NCBI GenBank assembly: GCA_012270795.1
Contig: JAAXHO010000237.1
Location: 1,118 to 65,117, forward strand
Reading direction: 5' to 3'
Source of the DNA: Candidatus Poribacteria bacterium
Lineage (GTDB): Bacteria; Poribacteria; WGA-4E; WGA-3G
Length of the DNA stretch: 64,000 nt
The notes under the pieces were generated by a model. The model was not told where the DNA came from. It searched no databases and was given only the letters and a program-made list of their open reading frames with translations. How positions within the stretch are numbered: the stretch's first letter is position 1; each line of letters starts with the position of its first letter. A program made the position numbers and the translations under genes. Of the stretch, positions 1 to 11,221 are shown piece after piece.

Positions 1-917
1 ACTGCGACATCACCCCCTTCGGCAATAAGTGCAAGTGTTGCGTCTTGGTTCTCTTTCGTAGCGTAGCAGAGCGTATCCTTCGTATCAGCAAAATGTTCCA
101 TGAGATTATCTTCACCGTAGCGTACGATGATAGCCTGTCGCAATAAATCGGCGATGGCTTGTGTCTCTGTTGCGAGCATTGTGGTTTGGTTGACAACACC
201 AATACGTTTTAGGTGGGTATCTGGATGGAAGCCTTCGGTATATCTGTCAGCAAATTTTTCAAAGAAAAAGTCGGGATCTGCTTCACCGCGTATTACTTTT
301 GCGAGGTCTTTCGCTTCCGCAAGGTCGCGCACGACAACTACAGGTGCTTCCGCTTGTGCGTGTGAAAATGTGGCGCGTGTCTCTTCATGATAGCGTTTGC
401 CGTGTACAACGACTGTATAATCTTGCTTGCCAATCTCTTGACTACGTTTCCACACTTTTTCAACGAAAGGGCAGGTTGTATTATAGGACGAAAGCGTAAC
501 GCCGTGTGCGTTGAGTTCAGCTTCAACTTCCAATGTTGTGCCGAAAGCTGGGACGATGACAACATCATCAGGCACTAAAACGTCAAACGGTAGCAACGGA
601 TTCCCTTCGGTATCAGAGAGAAATTGTACACCGTGGAGTCTTAGATTTTCGTTGACGCGGGGGTTGTGAATGATCTCAGAGAGTAGGAAAATTCGTTTAT
701 CTGGGTTCTCTTCAAGGGCGCGGTATGCGACCTCAACAGCATTTTCCACACCGTAGCAAAATCCGAAGTGGCGAGCGATTTTAAAACGAACGGACCCAAA
801 GTCTAATATGGAGGGAGATAGGTCTCGTTTGCGTGCGTCCATGTTCCGCCGTGATACCTTAACAGCAGAAATAATCGGACTTTCGTAAAAACGAGGTATA
901 TTAAAAGTACGGGGCAT
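1..917 (-). CDS. ispH: 4-hydroxy-3-methylbut-2-enyl diphosphate reductase (IspH/LytB). The N-terminal ~305 aa are in the window and the C-terminus runs off the window start.
   Basis: The minus-strand translation from the ATG at complement 915-917 reads MPRTFNIPRFYESPIISAV...FGFCYGVENAVEVAYRALEE...VVVHGKRYHEETRATFSHA. The FGFCYGV and HGK.YHEE motifs are typical of IspH. It is absent from the ORF track because it is open at the window edge. Confidence 0.85.
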   Translation of the reverse strand, partial: MPRTFNIPRFYESPIISAVKVSRRNMDARKRDLSPSILDFGSVRFKIARHFGFCYGVENAVEVAYRALEENPDKRIFLLSEIIHNPRVNENLRLHGVQFLSDTEGNPLLPFDVLVPDDVVIVPAFGTTLEVEAELNAHGVTLSSYNTTCPFVEKVWKRSQEIGKQDYTVVVHGKRYHEETRATFSHAQAEAPVVVVRDLAEAKDLAKVIRGEADPDFFFEKFADRYTEGFHPDTHLKRIGVVNQTTMLATETQAIADLLRQAIIVRYGEDNLMEHFADTKDTLCYATKENQDATLALIAEGGDVA

Positions 918-943
918 CTTTAAAATTGTTTTGTATTGCGTTT

Positions 944-1078
944 CTATGCGCTGAGGATTTTTCTACCCTTTGCTCTGCGGCGTGCGATAGTTTTTCTACC
1001 GTTCCGAGTAGACATTCGTTTTCTAAATCCAAGTTTGTTTTTTCGTTTACGTCGATGTGGTTGATAGGTACGCTTCAT
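944..1078 (-). CDS. rpmH: 50S ribosomal protein L34
   Basis: The last 44 codons of the 944..1414 ORF read [44 protein letters not shown], a near-consensus L34. The start is the ATG at complement 1076-1078, so the upstream part of the tracked ORF is not coding. The gene sits divergently upstream of dnaA, as is usual. Confidence 0.9.
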   Translation of the reverse strand: MKRTYQPHRRKRKNKLGFRKRMSTRNGRKTIARRRAKGRKILSA

Positions 1079-1447
1079 GACGTTATCCTCTCTATTTTGC
1101 CTTAATAGTTGCAACTCATTAATATTCATAGAGATTTGCACTATTATGAAATCTTTTCTAAATCTTAACGTTAAATAGTAAGGATACCTTATTTTTTTTG
1201 ATTTGTCAAATTTTTCCCTAATAATGTTAGATAGATAAAACGTCCCCTTCAACAATACTAATTTCTGTGAATAAGTCCTTAAAAACATTAAGGTCAGAGA
1301 GAGTATTTTGCTTGAAAATTTCCTTAAATTAACTTGTGAATTAAATTTGCAAATGCTATAATTCACGTTCATGTCACAGGCAAATATTTTCATTTGATTT
1401 TTAGAATATTTCATTCAGTTTGCATCCAAATAGGTTAAGAAATTGTC
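1079..1447. promoter_or_regulatory. AT-rich divergent rpmH/dnaA promoter region
   Basis: A 369-bp, very AT-rich spacer lies between the divergent rpmH and dnaA starts. I did not find a perfect TTATCCACA box in it. Confidence 0.4.
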
Positions 1448-2785
1448 ATGCGATATACCCCTGAAAAGTTTTGGTCAGAACTACTTTCGGAACTTGACGA
1501 ATCCGCAATTAGTGATGTTTATTTAAGGCAAGTTACCCCGCGTTCGCTGACCGAGGATTGCTTTTTAATTGCAGTTCCGTCGGACTATACTCGTGACGAA
1601 ATTGAGAATAGGTTTTTCAGTTCTATTAAGCGCGTGTTATCTGATCGGATAAGCCCGGCTTGTGCGTTTGAAATTTTCGTGGATACACCAGCTACGAAAG
1701 TTCCTGAGTCTGGAAATGGCGAGCCTACACCACAAAATAACAACTCTGATAATGCAGGATTGAATCCGAACTATATTTTTGATAATTTCAAAGTTGGGCA
1801 AAGCAATAGAATATGCCATGCGACTGCTTTTTCTGCCTCTGAGAATCCGGGTGGTGAGTATAATCCGCTTTTCATCTATGGTGGTGTAGGTCTGGGGAAG
1901 ACTCATCTTCTTCATGCGATAGGTAATCACTTCCAAGATATTACACCTGATCGGCAAGTGATCTATGTAACGTCTGAAACGTTTATGAATGAATACATTG
2001 AATCTATTATTAACCGGCAGTCAGCACAGGATTTTCGTTCAAAATATCGTGAAACTGATTTATTGTTGATTGATGATATTCAGTTCTTACAACGCAAAGA
2101 AGGTACACAAGAAGAGTTCTTTAACACTTTCAACGATTTGTACTTAAAATCGTATCAAATCGTAATGACAAGTGATCGTTCACCGAGAATGCTTGAAAAC
2201 CTTGAAGAAAGGTTAAGTTCTCGGTTTGAATGGGGTATGGTTGCTGAAATTGACAAACCGAATTATGAGCTGCGTCTTGCGATTTTACAGCAAAAATGTC
2301 AAGATCAAGGTTTTGCGGATATTTCTAACGAAGTCCTGAGTTATATTGCGGAAATGGTGACGAGCAATATTCGTGAATTGGAAGGGACATTGGTAAGCCT
2401 TAAAGCCCGTGCGTCAATTCAAGAAGAACAACTAACACTTGATTTTGTCCGTAATATACTCAACGACACCTCTACCCCCATTAGACGCGTATCAGGCAGA
2501 AAAGTTGTTACTGCGGCAGCGATACAGAAAATAGTAACAGATCATTTTCAGTTAAACGACGATGATCTAACTTCATCAAAACGGACAAAAGCTATTGCCT
2601 TCCCACGTCAAATTGCTATGTATCTGTGCAGAGAACTGACGCAGCTATCGCTATTAGACATTGCTGAAGCGTTTCATAGACAAAATCATACAACGATAAT
2701 ACATGCATGTTCACAGGTTGAAAAGCAGCTTGAAAACGAGGAAACAAGAAATCTTATAGAGTTTTTAACGGGTGAACTCAAATAA
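1448..2785 (+). CDS. dnaA: Chromosomal replication initiator protein DnaA
   Basis: The 445-aa ORF carries the Walker A box GGVGLGKTHLLHAIGN, the sensor region LLIDDIQFL, and a C-terminal DNA-binding helix (AMYLCRELT, HTTI). Confidence 0.95.
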   Translation: MRYTPEKFWSELLSELDESAISDVYLRQVTPRSLTEDCFLIAVPSDYTRDEIENRFFSSIKRVLSDRISPACAFEIFVDTPATKVPESGNGEPTPQNNNSDNAGLNPNYIFDNFKVGQSNRICHATAFSASENPGGEYNPLFIYGGVGLGKTHLLHAIGNHFQDITPDRQVIYVTSETFMNEYIESIINRQSAQDFRSKYRETDLLLIDDIQFLQRKEGTQEEFFNTFNDLYLKSYQIVMTSDRSPRMLENLEERLSSRFEWGMVAEIDKPNYELRLAILQQKCQDQGFADISNEVLSYIAEMVTSNIRELEGTLVSLKARASIQEEQLTLDFVRNILNDTSTPIRRVSGRKVVTAAAIQKIVTDHFQLNDDDLTSSKRTKAIAFPRQIAMYLCRELTQLSLLDIAEAFHRQNHTTIIHACSQVEKQLENEETRNLIEFLTGELK

Positions 2786-3231
2786 GTGATTAGGTAAAAT
2801 TTATTAAATTTACAAGTTATCCACAATTTATGTCGATAACTTATAAATTTATGTCGATAACTTGTCGATAACTTGTCGATAACTCTTACATTCGTTAATT
2901 GCGTTAACCAATTGTCAATAATTCATTTTTTATGCACATACTATCAACACCCCTCATGTTAGTCTCCATAAGGGTTAAAAACAGTTATCCACTTATGCAC
3001 ACCCCCTACTACTACTACTATAGTACAATTTAAATTTTAATCGTTAATTAGAAATACAATTAGGATATGTGGACAATTATTGGAAAATACATTTAGGTTT
3101 AATATATAAGATTATAATTTTTTTATGAATAATATTTAATTCCTTCCAGATAAATTTCGTTTCCAAAAGTTTCCCTATAATTTGGTGATTTTGCAAATGG
3201 TTGAGATCAGATAAGATATGATGAGGTTTGG
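2786..3231. promoter_or_regulatory. Candidate oriC: a DnaA-box cluster plus an AT-rich stretch that may be the DNA-unwinding element
   Basis: A perfect TTATCCACA sits at 2817-2825. Four tandem GTCGATAACT units lie at 2832-2884, each the reverse complement of the DnaA-box variant TTATCGACA. TTATCCACT is at 2985-2993. A stretch of over 80% AT runs from ~3000 to 3230. Confidence 0.6.
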
Positions 3232-4386
3232 ATGTATTTAGAACGTTTGTGTATGAGAAGTTTTCGTAACTATAAAGAATGTGACATAACATTTCATTCA
3301 CCAGTGACATTAGTTGTTGGTAGGAATGCGATGGGAAAGACGAGTCTTCTGGAATCACTTTATTTTCTTTGTACGGGTGAATCGTATCGTACGACTTCTG
3401 CGAATGAGTTGATACGTCATACATCTGAGGGTTTTTCAGTTACAGGTTATTTACGTAGTGAAAAGCGACCAGATTCTTTAGTCAGGCTTGATGTTGTGAA
3501 ACCGCGTCAAGGGGCATTCCGTCTAAAAACGGATGGCGTGTTACAACGTAGGCGTTCGGACTGGATAGGTCAGATCAATGTTGTTGTATTTTCACCTGAG
3601 TCTTTGGATCTTGTGAAAGGTGCTCCGTCGTTTCGCCGTCGGTGGCTTGATTTGTTGTTGTCACAATTGAGTCGTGATTATCTGGAGGAGCTTCTAAGGT
3701 ATCGTGGAATTTTGGAACAGCGAAATGCGTTATTGAAAAGGGTGAGTTTGGGAAAGGGGACGGTTGGCGAAATATCCGTTTGGGATGAGTTTTTACTTGA
3801 ATCAGGGGTAGCATTAATTGGTGCAAGATATGTGGCTTTAGCGAAACTGAGTGGTGTTATAGAGAGGACACAATTATCGCTAACAGGTGGACGGGAACGA
3901 CTTTTATTAGAGTATTTTCCAGGGCTTGGTAATTCTGGCACTGAGCTTTCGGATATTACGGATCTTTCGGATCATTTTCAGTATGCGTTAACACAAGTAC
4001 GGCGCGATGAACTGCGGCGTGGAGTAACGTTAGTCGGTCCACATCGTGATGACTTTACGTTGGTTTTGGAAACATTAGATGGTAGTGAAACGGTCTTGCG
4101 TGAAACTGCGCGTACCTATGCTTCTCAAGGACAGTGTAGAACGATAGCACTTGCGCTAAAACTTGCAGAGTTGGAATATATTCGTGAGGATACCGGTGTC
4201 TCTCCCCTTTTTCTATTAGATGATGTGTTGTCAGAGTTAGATGTTAAGAGAAGGTCATATTTATTAGCGTATCTACAAGGTGTTGATGCACAGACTGTTA
4301 TTACTGCAACTGACAAAGATGTGATGGGAGATGAATTATCAGATATTCAACTTGTAATGGTTGAAGACGGTGTAATCGTTAGTTAA
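3232..4386 (+). CDS. recF: DNA replication and repair protein RecF
   Basis: The protein begins MYLERLCMRSFRNYKE with Walker A GRNAMGKTSLLE, and has the C-terminal signature LLLDDVLSELD. Its 384-aa size fits RecF, not the DnaN that usually occupies this position. Confidence 0.9.
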   Translation: MYLERLCMRSFRNYKECDITFHSPVTLVVGRNAMGKTSLLESLYFLCTGESYRTTSANELIRHTSEGFSVTGYLRSEKRPDSLVRLDVVKPRQGAFRLKTDGVLQRRRSDWIGQINVVVFSPESLDLVKGAPSFRRRWLDLLLSQLSRDYLEELLRYRGILEQRNALLKRVSLGKGTVGEISVWDEFLLESGVALIGARYVALAKLSGVIERTQLSLTGGRERLLLEYFPGLGNSGTELSDITDLSDHFQYALTQVRRDELRRGVTLVGPHRDDFTLVLETLDGSETVLRETARTYASQGQCRTIALALKLAELEYIREDTGVSPLFLLDDVLSELDVKRRSYLLAYLQGVDAQTVITATDKDVMGDELSDIQLVMVEDGVIVS

Positions 4387-4451
4387 ATTTAAACGTTTTG
4401 TTTCAATAAAATTACATTAGAAATAGACTTTTTTGGTTTAAGAAGGTTAGT

Positions 4452-5027
4452 GTGATGCGGTCAAGCGTAAAAGGTTTTCATGGACAGCGTAAGTCAGTTG
4501 AGGTGGATGGTGTTGTAGAAGTGATGTTGCGAGAACGCGGTTGGTTTGATAAAATCCAGGAAGGTCGTGTTTTTAATGTTTGGGAATCCGTTGTTGGTAA
4601 GACTATTGCAGCACAGACTCATCCAGTTTCTTTAAAGCGTGGCGTTTTGAATATTGAGGTAGCACATCCTAGTTATGCTCAGGAATTGTCTCTAATGAAG
4701 ACTGAGATTTTGTCAAAAATTGAGAGCAAGTTGGAGGAGCTGAGTTTAAAGAGTCGGGTTTCTCCTAAGAAAAATAGGGTGGTTGATGTTCAATTTCGTT
4801 TAAATCCGAATGTTACCAAAATGAATGCTGCTAATAATGTGAATGGTGATACATCTAAATTGGATTCGGAATTGCCTGATCGTTTTGCTAAATCTGTGTC
4901 ACCTGAAATGCAAGAGCAGATTGAAGTTGCTATTTCAATAGTTAATGATTTAGAGTTGAGGGATGCCTTAAAAACACTTTTTATTGCGCAGTGCAATGAA
5001 ATAAAAGAGGTTAATAAATACGAATAA
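4452..5027 (+). CDS. DUF721-domain protein (DciA/YaaB-like), found immediately downstream of recF as in many bacteria
   Basis: The 191-aa ORF has a DUF721-like N-terminus (MLRERGWFDKIQEGRVFNVWESVVGKTIAAQTHPVSLKRGVLNIEVAHPSYAQELSLMK). Its position between recF and gyrB matches the Bacillus yaaB arrangement. Confidence 0.55.
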   Translation: MMRSSVKGFHGQRKSVEVDGVVEVMLRERGWFDKIQEGRVFNVWESVVGKTIAAQTHPVSLKRGVLNIEVAHPSYAQELSLMKTEILSKIESKLEELSLKSRVSPKKNRVVDVQFRLNPNVTKMNAANNVNGDTSKLDSELPDRFAKSVSPEMQEQIEVAISIVNDLELRDALKTLFIAQCNEIKEVNKYE

Positions 5028-5205
5028 AAAGTTCTGAAGATAAAATGTAATAATTTTCACAAAATAGATAAAAAAAGAGTTGCCAAAAAGGGTAAAATGT
5101 GTTATAATAAATATAGAAAACATGAATTTTGATTAGGGATTTTTACTGAATACTATTTGGTGTAAAAAACATCATTGAATTAATAAAAATTTATAACTCA
5201 ATATT

Positions 5206-5220
5206 AAAAAAAAAAAAAAA
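5206..5220. repeat. A15 homopolymer in the gyrB upstream region
   Basis: The sequence reads tattaaaaaaaaaaaaaaacgagcg, 15 consecutive A about 105 bp upstream of the gyrB start. Confidence 0.9.
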
Positions 5221-5319
5221 CGAGCGTATATATTCTTTCCATGCTGTTCATCCAAATCTTTTCATTTTCACACTTCCGATTGGATATAATTAATAAACCA
5301 ATAAGTTATAAAGGGATAA

Positions 5320-7872
<2,553 letters not shown>

Positions 7873-7914
7873 TTATATTTTCGTGACAAAGCAGGAATAC
7901 AATACGAAAGAATA

Positions 7915-8307
7915 TTAACTAACAATTCGTTGTTGTTTTAGTGTTTCTATTTCCTGCGTGAGTGTTTCTATCTGATTTTGGAGTGTGTCCTCTTTTCTAC
8001 TTTTTCTGTGTGCTAATATTCCCCATATTGTTGCGCCGATGGTAAGGATCACCATTGGGATTCCGATACAGGCAATAATAATGTTGTTTTGTCTGTCAAA
8101 GTTTTTTTGGATAGAATCAAAGTTCTTTTGAACATTAGCAAAGTTCTTTTGAACATTAGCAAAACTGGTATTCATGCTTTCCTTTATGTTCTTGATTTCG
8201 GTTTTTATGACTGCAATGTCTGTTTCAACACTGTTCTGTGATGGTTCGGAATGTGCCGAGTGTGCAATGATACATAAAAGTATTGAGAGGGTGAGAATTG
8301 TTTTCAT
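7915..8307 (-). CDS. Hypothetical small exported or membrane coiled-coil protein
   Basis: The 130-aa ORF has an N-terminal signal peptide, an internal triple repeat (NVQKNF-ANVQKNF-DSIQKNF), a C-proximal transmembrane helix and a coiled-coil tail. I recognised no homology. Confidence 0.4.
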   Translation of the reverse strand: MKTILTLSILLCIIAHSAHSEPSQNSVETDIAVIKTEIKNIKESMNTSFANVQKNFANVQKNFDSIQKNFDRQNNIIIACIGIPMVILTIGATIWGILAHRKSRKEDTLQNQIETLTQEIETLKQQRIVS

Positions 8308-8353
8308 CGGTTATCTCCTAAATTTTCTGATAGACTAAACATAGTCATAATCT

Positions 8354-8545
8354 CTATTTATCTTTATTTTTTTGTGCTTGTATTCTTTTCTTTTCTCGGT
8401 CAATGAGTCGTGGCAGTTCGCGTTTAATGCATTCACGCACGACATCTGCAAAAGAGACGTTGAACTCTGATGCAACTTTCTTTATTTTTTCGAACTCTGA
8501 GGGGGTAAAGGCGACACTGTGAAGTTTTGAATGTCTTTCTTTCAT
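8354..8545 (-). CDS. Small ribbon-helix-helix-like DNA-binding protein (CopG/antitoxin-like)
   Basis: The 63-aa ORF has an N-terminal beta-strand-like segment (LHSVAFTPSEFEKIKKVA), then helices, then a basic tail. Its size and pattern resemble RHH regulators. Confidence 0.35.
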   Translation of the reverse strand: MKERHSKLHSVAFTPSEFEKIKKVASEFNVSFADVVRECIKRELPRLIDREKKRIQAQKNKDK

Positions 8546-8591
8546 AACTCTGTTCTCCTTTAGTATTTTGTGCTGTATGTATGGTACAATA

Positions 8592-8639
8592 AAGTTAATA
8601 AATTTGTCAACAAAAAAGTTAATAAATTTGTCAACAAAA
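8592..8639. repeat. 24-bp tandem direct repeat, two copies (AAGTTAATAAATTTGTCAACAAAA)
   Basis: Exact tandem duplication lies between the RHH-gene start and the gyrA promoter. Each unit contains a TTGACA-like hexamer on the minus strand. Confidence 0.8.
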
Positions 8640-8657
8640 ATTTTATAAAAAATATAG

Positions 8658-8686
8658 TTTACATCCTGCTATTTCTGTGTTATAAT
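8658..8686 (+). promoter_or_regulatory. Candidate sigma70-type promoter for gyrA
   Basis: TTTACA at 8658-8663 and TATAAT at 8681-8686 are separated by 17 bp. The pair lies about 50 bp upstream of the gyrA start. Confidence 0.45.
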
Positions 8687-8735
8687 AGAGGCAGATAAAG
8701 TCTATTATATAATATGGTAAATAAAAGAGAAACAG

Positions 8736-11180
8736 ATGCAAGAAGAAAACATCGTTAGGCGATCAATAGAAACTGAGCTACAGACCTCGTATCTCACTTA
8801 TGCGATGAGTGTCAATACGAATAGGGCAATTCCGGATGTGCGGGATGGCTTGAAACCAAGTGCACGCCGCATCATCTATGCTATGGGTGAGATTAATCTC
8901 ACAAGTGGTCGTCCTTATGATAAATGTGCTGCTGTTGTTGGTGAGGTTATGAAGAACTTTCATCCGCACGGTGATGGCCCGATTTATGGCACGCTTGTCG
9001 GGCTTGCACAGGAGTTCAGTACACGTTACCCCTTAATTGATGGACAAGGTAATTTTGGTTCTATTGATGATGATCCTGCGGGGGCAATGCGTTACACGGA
9101 GTGTCGCCTTTCAAAGATTGCTGAAACATTGCTGCGGGATATTGATAAGGATACAGTTGACTTCCAACCTAATTATAAGGAGTCGTTAGAAGAACCGACT
9201 GTTCTGCCTGGCCTTCTGCCGAACCTGCTTGTAAACGGTACAGATGGTATCGGTATCGGTTATTCAACGAAGATTCCACCCCATAACCTTAACGAGGTTA
9301 TTGACGCACTGCTGCATATACTTGATTTTCCGGAAGCGTCGGTTGATGATTTGATTGAATTCATGCCCGGGCCAGATTTTCCCACTGCTGGAATAATCGT
9401 TGGGAGAAAAGGTATCAAAGATATGTATACTACCGGCAAAGGTAGTATGACGATGCGTGCAAGAGTGGAAATTGAGCCTATTACTCGTGATAAATCTCGT
9501 GGAGACCGAGAGCAGATTGTAGTTACTGAAATTCCGTATCAGATTAAGAAAAACCTGTTGCTTCAACAGATGGTTGATCAAGTCAATATTAGTAAAACGA
9601 TTACTGGTATTTCGGATATTAGAGACGAATCTGATGAGGAGATTCGTATTGTGATTGAACTTAAGCGTGGGGAAGTGCCGCAAGTTATCTTAAATCAACT
9701 TTACAAACACACAAAGATGCAGCATTTTTTCGCTGCGAACCTTCTCTGCCTTGTAGATGGGTTGCCTAAGGTATTAACGTTACCTGAGATTTTGCACCAT
9801 TACCTTGCGCATCGTCGGGACGTTATCCGCAGACGGACGCAGTATGATTTGGCACGGTGTCAACATCGTGCCCATATTTTAGAGGGGTACCGTATTGCTT
9901 TGGAGCATATAGAGGAAGTGATTGAGATCGTGCAAAATGCTGAGACCCCGCAAGCAGCAATGGATCAACTCCAGGCACAATACGAATTTTCTGATACGCA
10001 GGTCCGCGAAGTGTTATCACTTACTTTACGTCAGTTGACGGGATTAGAGCGGCAACGGATTAACGACGAGTATGCCAAGTTGCTTGAAACTATTGCGGAG
10101 CTGCAAGCTATTCTTGAAAGTGAGGACCTTGTTACCGACCTCATCCGAACCGAATTAGAAGGATTGAAAGAGGAGCATGGAGATGACCGCCGTACGCAAA
10201 TAGTCTCGGAAATGAAGAGTTTTGAAATGGAGGACCTTATTGCAGATGAGGAGATGGTTGTTACACTTACACATTCTGGCTATATCAAACGTATTCCGAT
10301 AGATACATATCGTAGGCAAAATCGTGGTGGTGTTGGCATCAAAGGCGGTAACCCGAAAGATGGTGACTTTTTGGAGCAGCTGATAATAGCAACTGCACAT
10401 CAATCTCTACTATTCTTTACGAGTTTAGGAAAATGTTTTGTGTTAAAAGTTTTCGAGATACCGGAGGGCTCACGTCAAGCTTCGGGACGAGCTGTCGTAA
10501 ATCTGTTAAAACTGAGTGAAACGGAAACGATCACTGCATTTCTTCCTATTCGAGAGTTTAATGAAGACCGGTATATTATGATGGCAACGAAATGCGGGAT
10601 TGTCAAAAAGACTTCCTTGAGTGAATTCCGAAACCGTATGACAAGTGGAATTATAGCGATTAATTTGGATTCGGACGATCTCTTAATTGGGGCGCAGCTG
10701 ACCGATGGGTGCTACGATGTTATATTGGTAAGTCATAATGGGAATTCTATCCGCTTTAGTGAATCGGATGTGCGAAGTATGGGCAGACCCGCGCGTGGTG
10801 TTCGTGGTATCCGCCTTGCTGAAGAAGATTTTGTTGTTGATATGGTCTGTTCCGCAGATGAAAACGATTCGCTTCTCATTGTTACAGAAAACGGTTATGG
10901 TAAACGTACAGGTTTATCAGCTTATCGTTCACAAAGGCGTAGTGGTGTAGGATTGACAGCTATTAAACGTTCAACACGGAACGGTGCAGTAGTATCTGCA
11001 AAATTAGTTTCAAATACAGACGAACTTGTTTTGATCAGTTCTACAGGTTATATAACGCGCATGGCTGTTAGTGATATACGCCAGATTGGGCGTACTACAC
11101 AAGGTGTGCGGCTTATGACTTTACAAGATGACGAGACGCTTGTTGATGTAGGAAAAATCTCTGAAACCGATTCTAATTAA
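8736..11180 (+). CDS. gyrA: DNA gyrase subunit A
   Basis: The 814-aa ORF has the N-terminus YAMSVNTNRAIPDVRDGLKPSARRIIYAM, the catalytic Tyr context AMRYTECR, and the QRDR-like HPHGDGPIY. Confidence 0.95.
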   Translation: MQEENIVRRSIETELQTSYLTYAMSVNTNRAIPDVRDGLKPSARRIIYAMGEINLTSGRPYDKCAAVVGEVMKNFHPHGDGPIYGTLVGLAQEFSTRYPLIDGQGNFGSIDDDPAGAMRYTECRLSKIAETLLRDIDKDTVDFQPNYKESLEEPTVLPGLLPNLLVNGTDGIGIGYSTKIPPHNLNEVIDALLHILDFPEASVDDLIEFMPGPDFPTAGIIVGRKGIKDMYTTGKGSMTMRARVEIEPITRDKSRGDREQIVVTEIPYQIKKNLLLQQMVDQVNISKTITGISDIRDESDEEIRIVIELKRGEVPQVILNQLYKHTKMQHFFAANLLCLVDGLPKVLTLPEILHHYLAHRRDVIRRRTQYDLARCQHRAHILEGYRIALEHIEEVIEIVQNAETPQAAMDQLQAQYEFSDTQVREVLSLTLRQLTGLERQRINDEYAKLLETIAELQAILESEDLVTDLIRTELEGLKEEHGDDRRTQIVSEMKSFEMEDLIADEEMVVTLTHSGYIKRIPIDTYRRQNRGGVGIKGGNPKDGDFLEQLIIATAHQSLLFFTSLGKCFVLKVFEIPEGSRQASGRAVVNLLKLSETETITAFLPIREFNEDRYIMMATKCGIVKKTSLSEFRNRMTSGIIAINLDSDDLLIGAQLTDGCYDVILVSHNGNSIRFSESDVRSMGRPARGVRGIRLAEEDFVVDMVCSADENDSLLIVTENGYGKRTGLSAYRSQRRSGVGLTAIKRSTRNGAVVSAKLVSNTDELVLISSTGYITRMAVSDIRQIGRTTQGVRLMTLQDDETLVDVGKISETDSN

Positions 11181-11221
11181 ACTTGAGAAGGTTAAATGAC
11201 GCTTGACAAAGGAGAAAGATA

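Noticed and set aside
127-578. Several 60-90-aa ORFs on both strands near the window start
   Set aside because: All lie inside or antisense to the partial ispH coding sequence, which reads cleanly on the minus strand.
944-1414. 156-aa minus-strand ORF as a single gene
   Set aside because: Only the last 44 codons encode L34. The upstream 112 codons are AT-rich intergenic read-through with no protein-like composition.
2831-2884. Possible CRISPR-like array of GTCGATAACT repeats
   Set aside because: The units are 10-11 bp with no spacers. They are reverse-complement DnaA boxes (TTATCGACA) within oriC, not CRISPR repeats.
3232-4386. The gene in the canonical dnaN position downstream of dnaA
   Set aside because: The sequence is clearly RecF (P-loop GRNAMGKTS, C-terminal DDVLSELD, 384 aa). 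It is not a beta-clamp, so I did not call dnaN.
9264-10403. Minus-strand ORFs (139 aa, 65 aa, 82 aa) inside gyrA
   Set aside because: They are antisense to a high-confidence conserved coding sequence. They are typical shadow ORFs.
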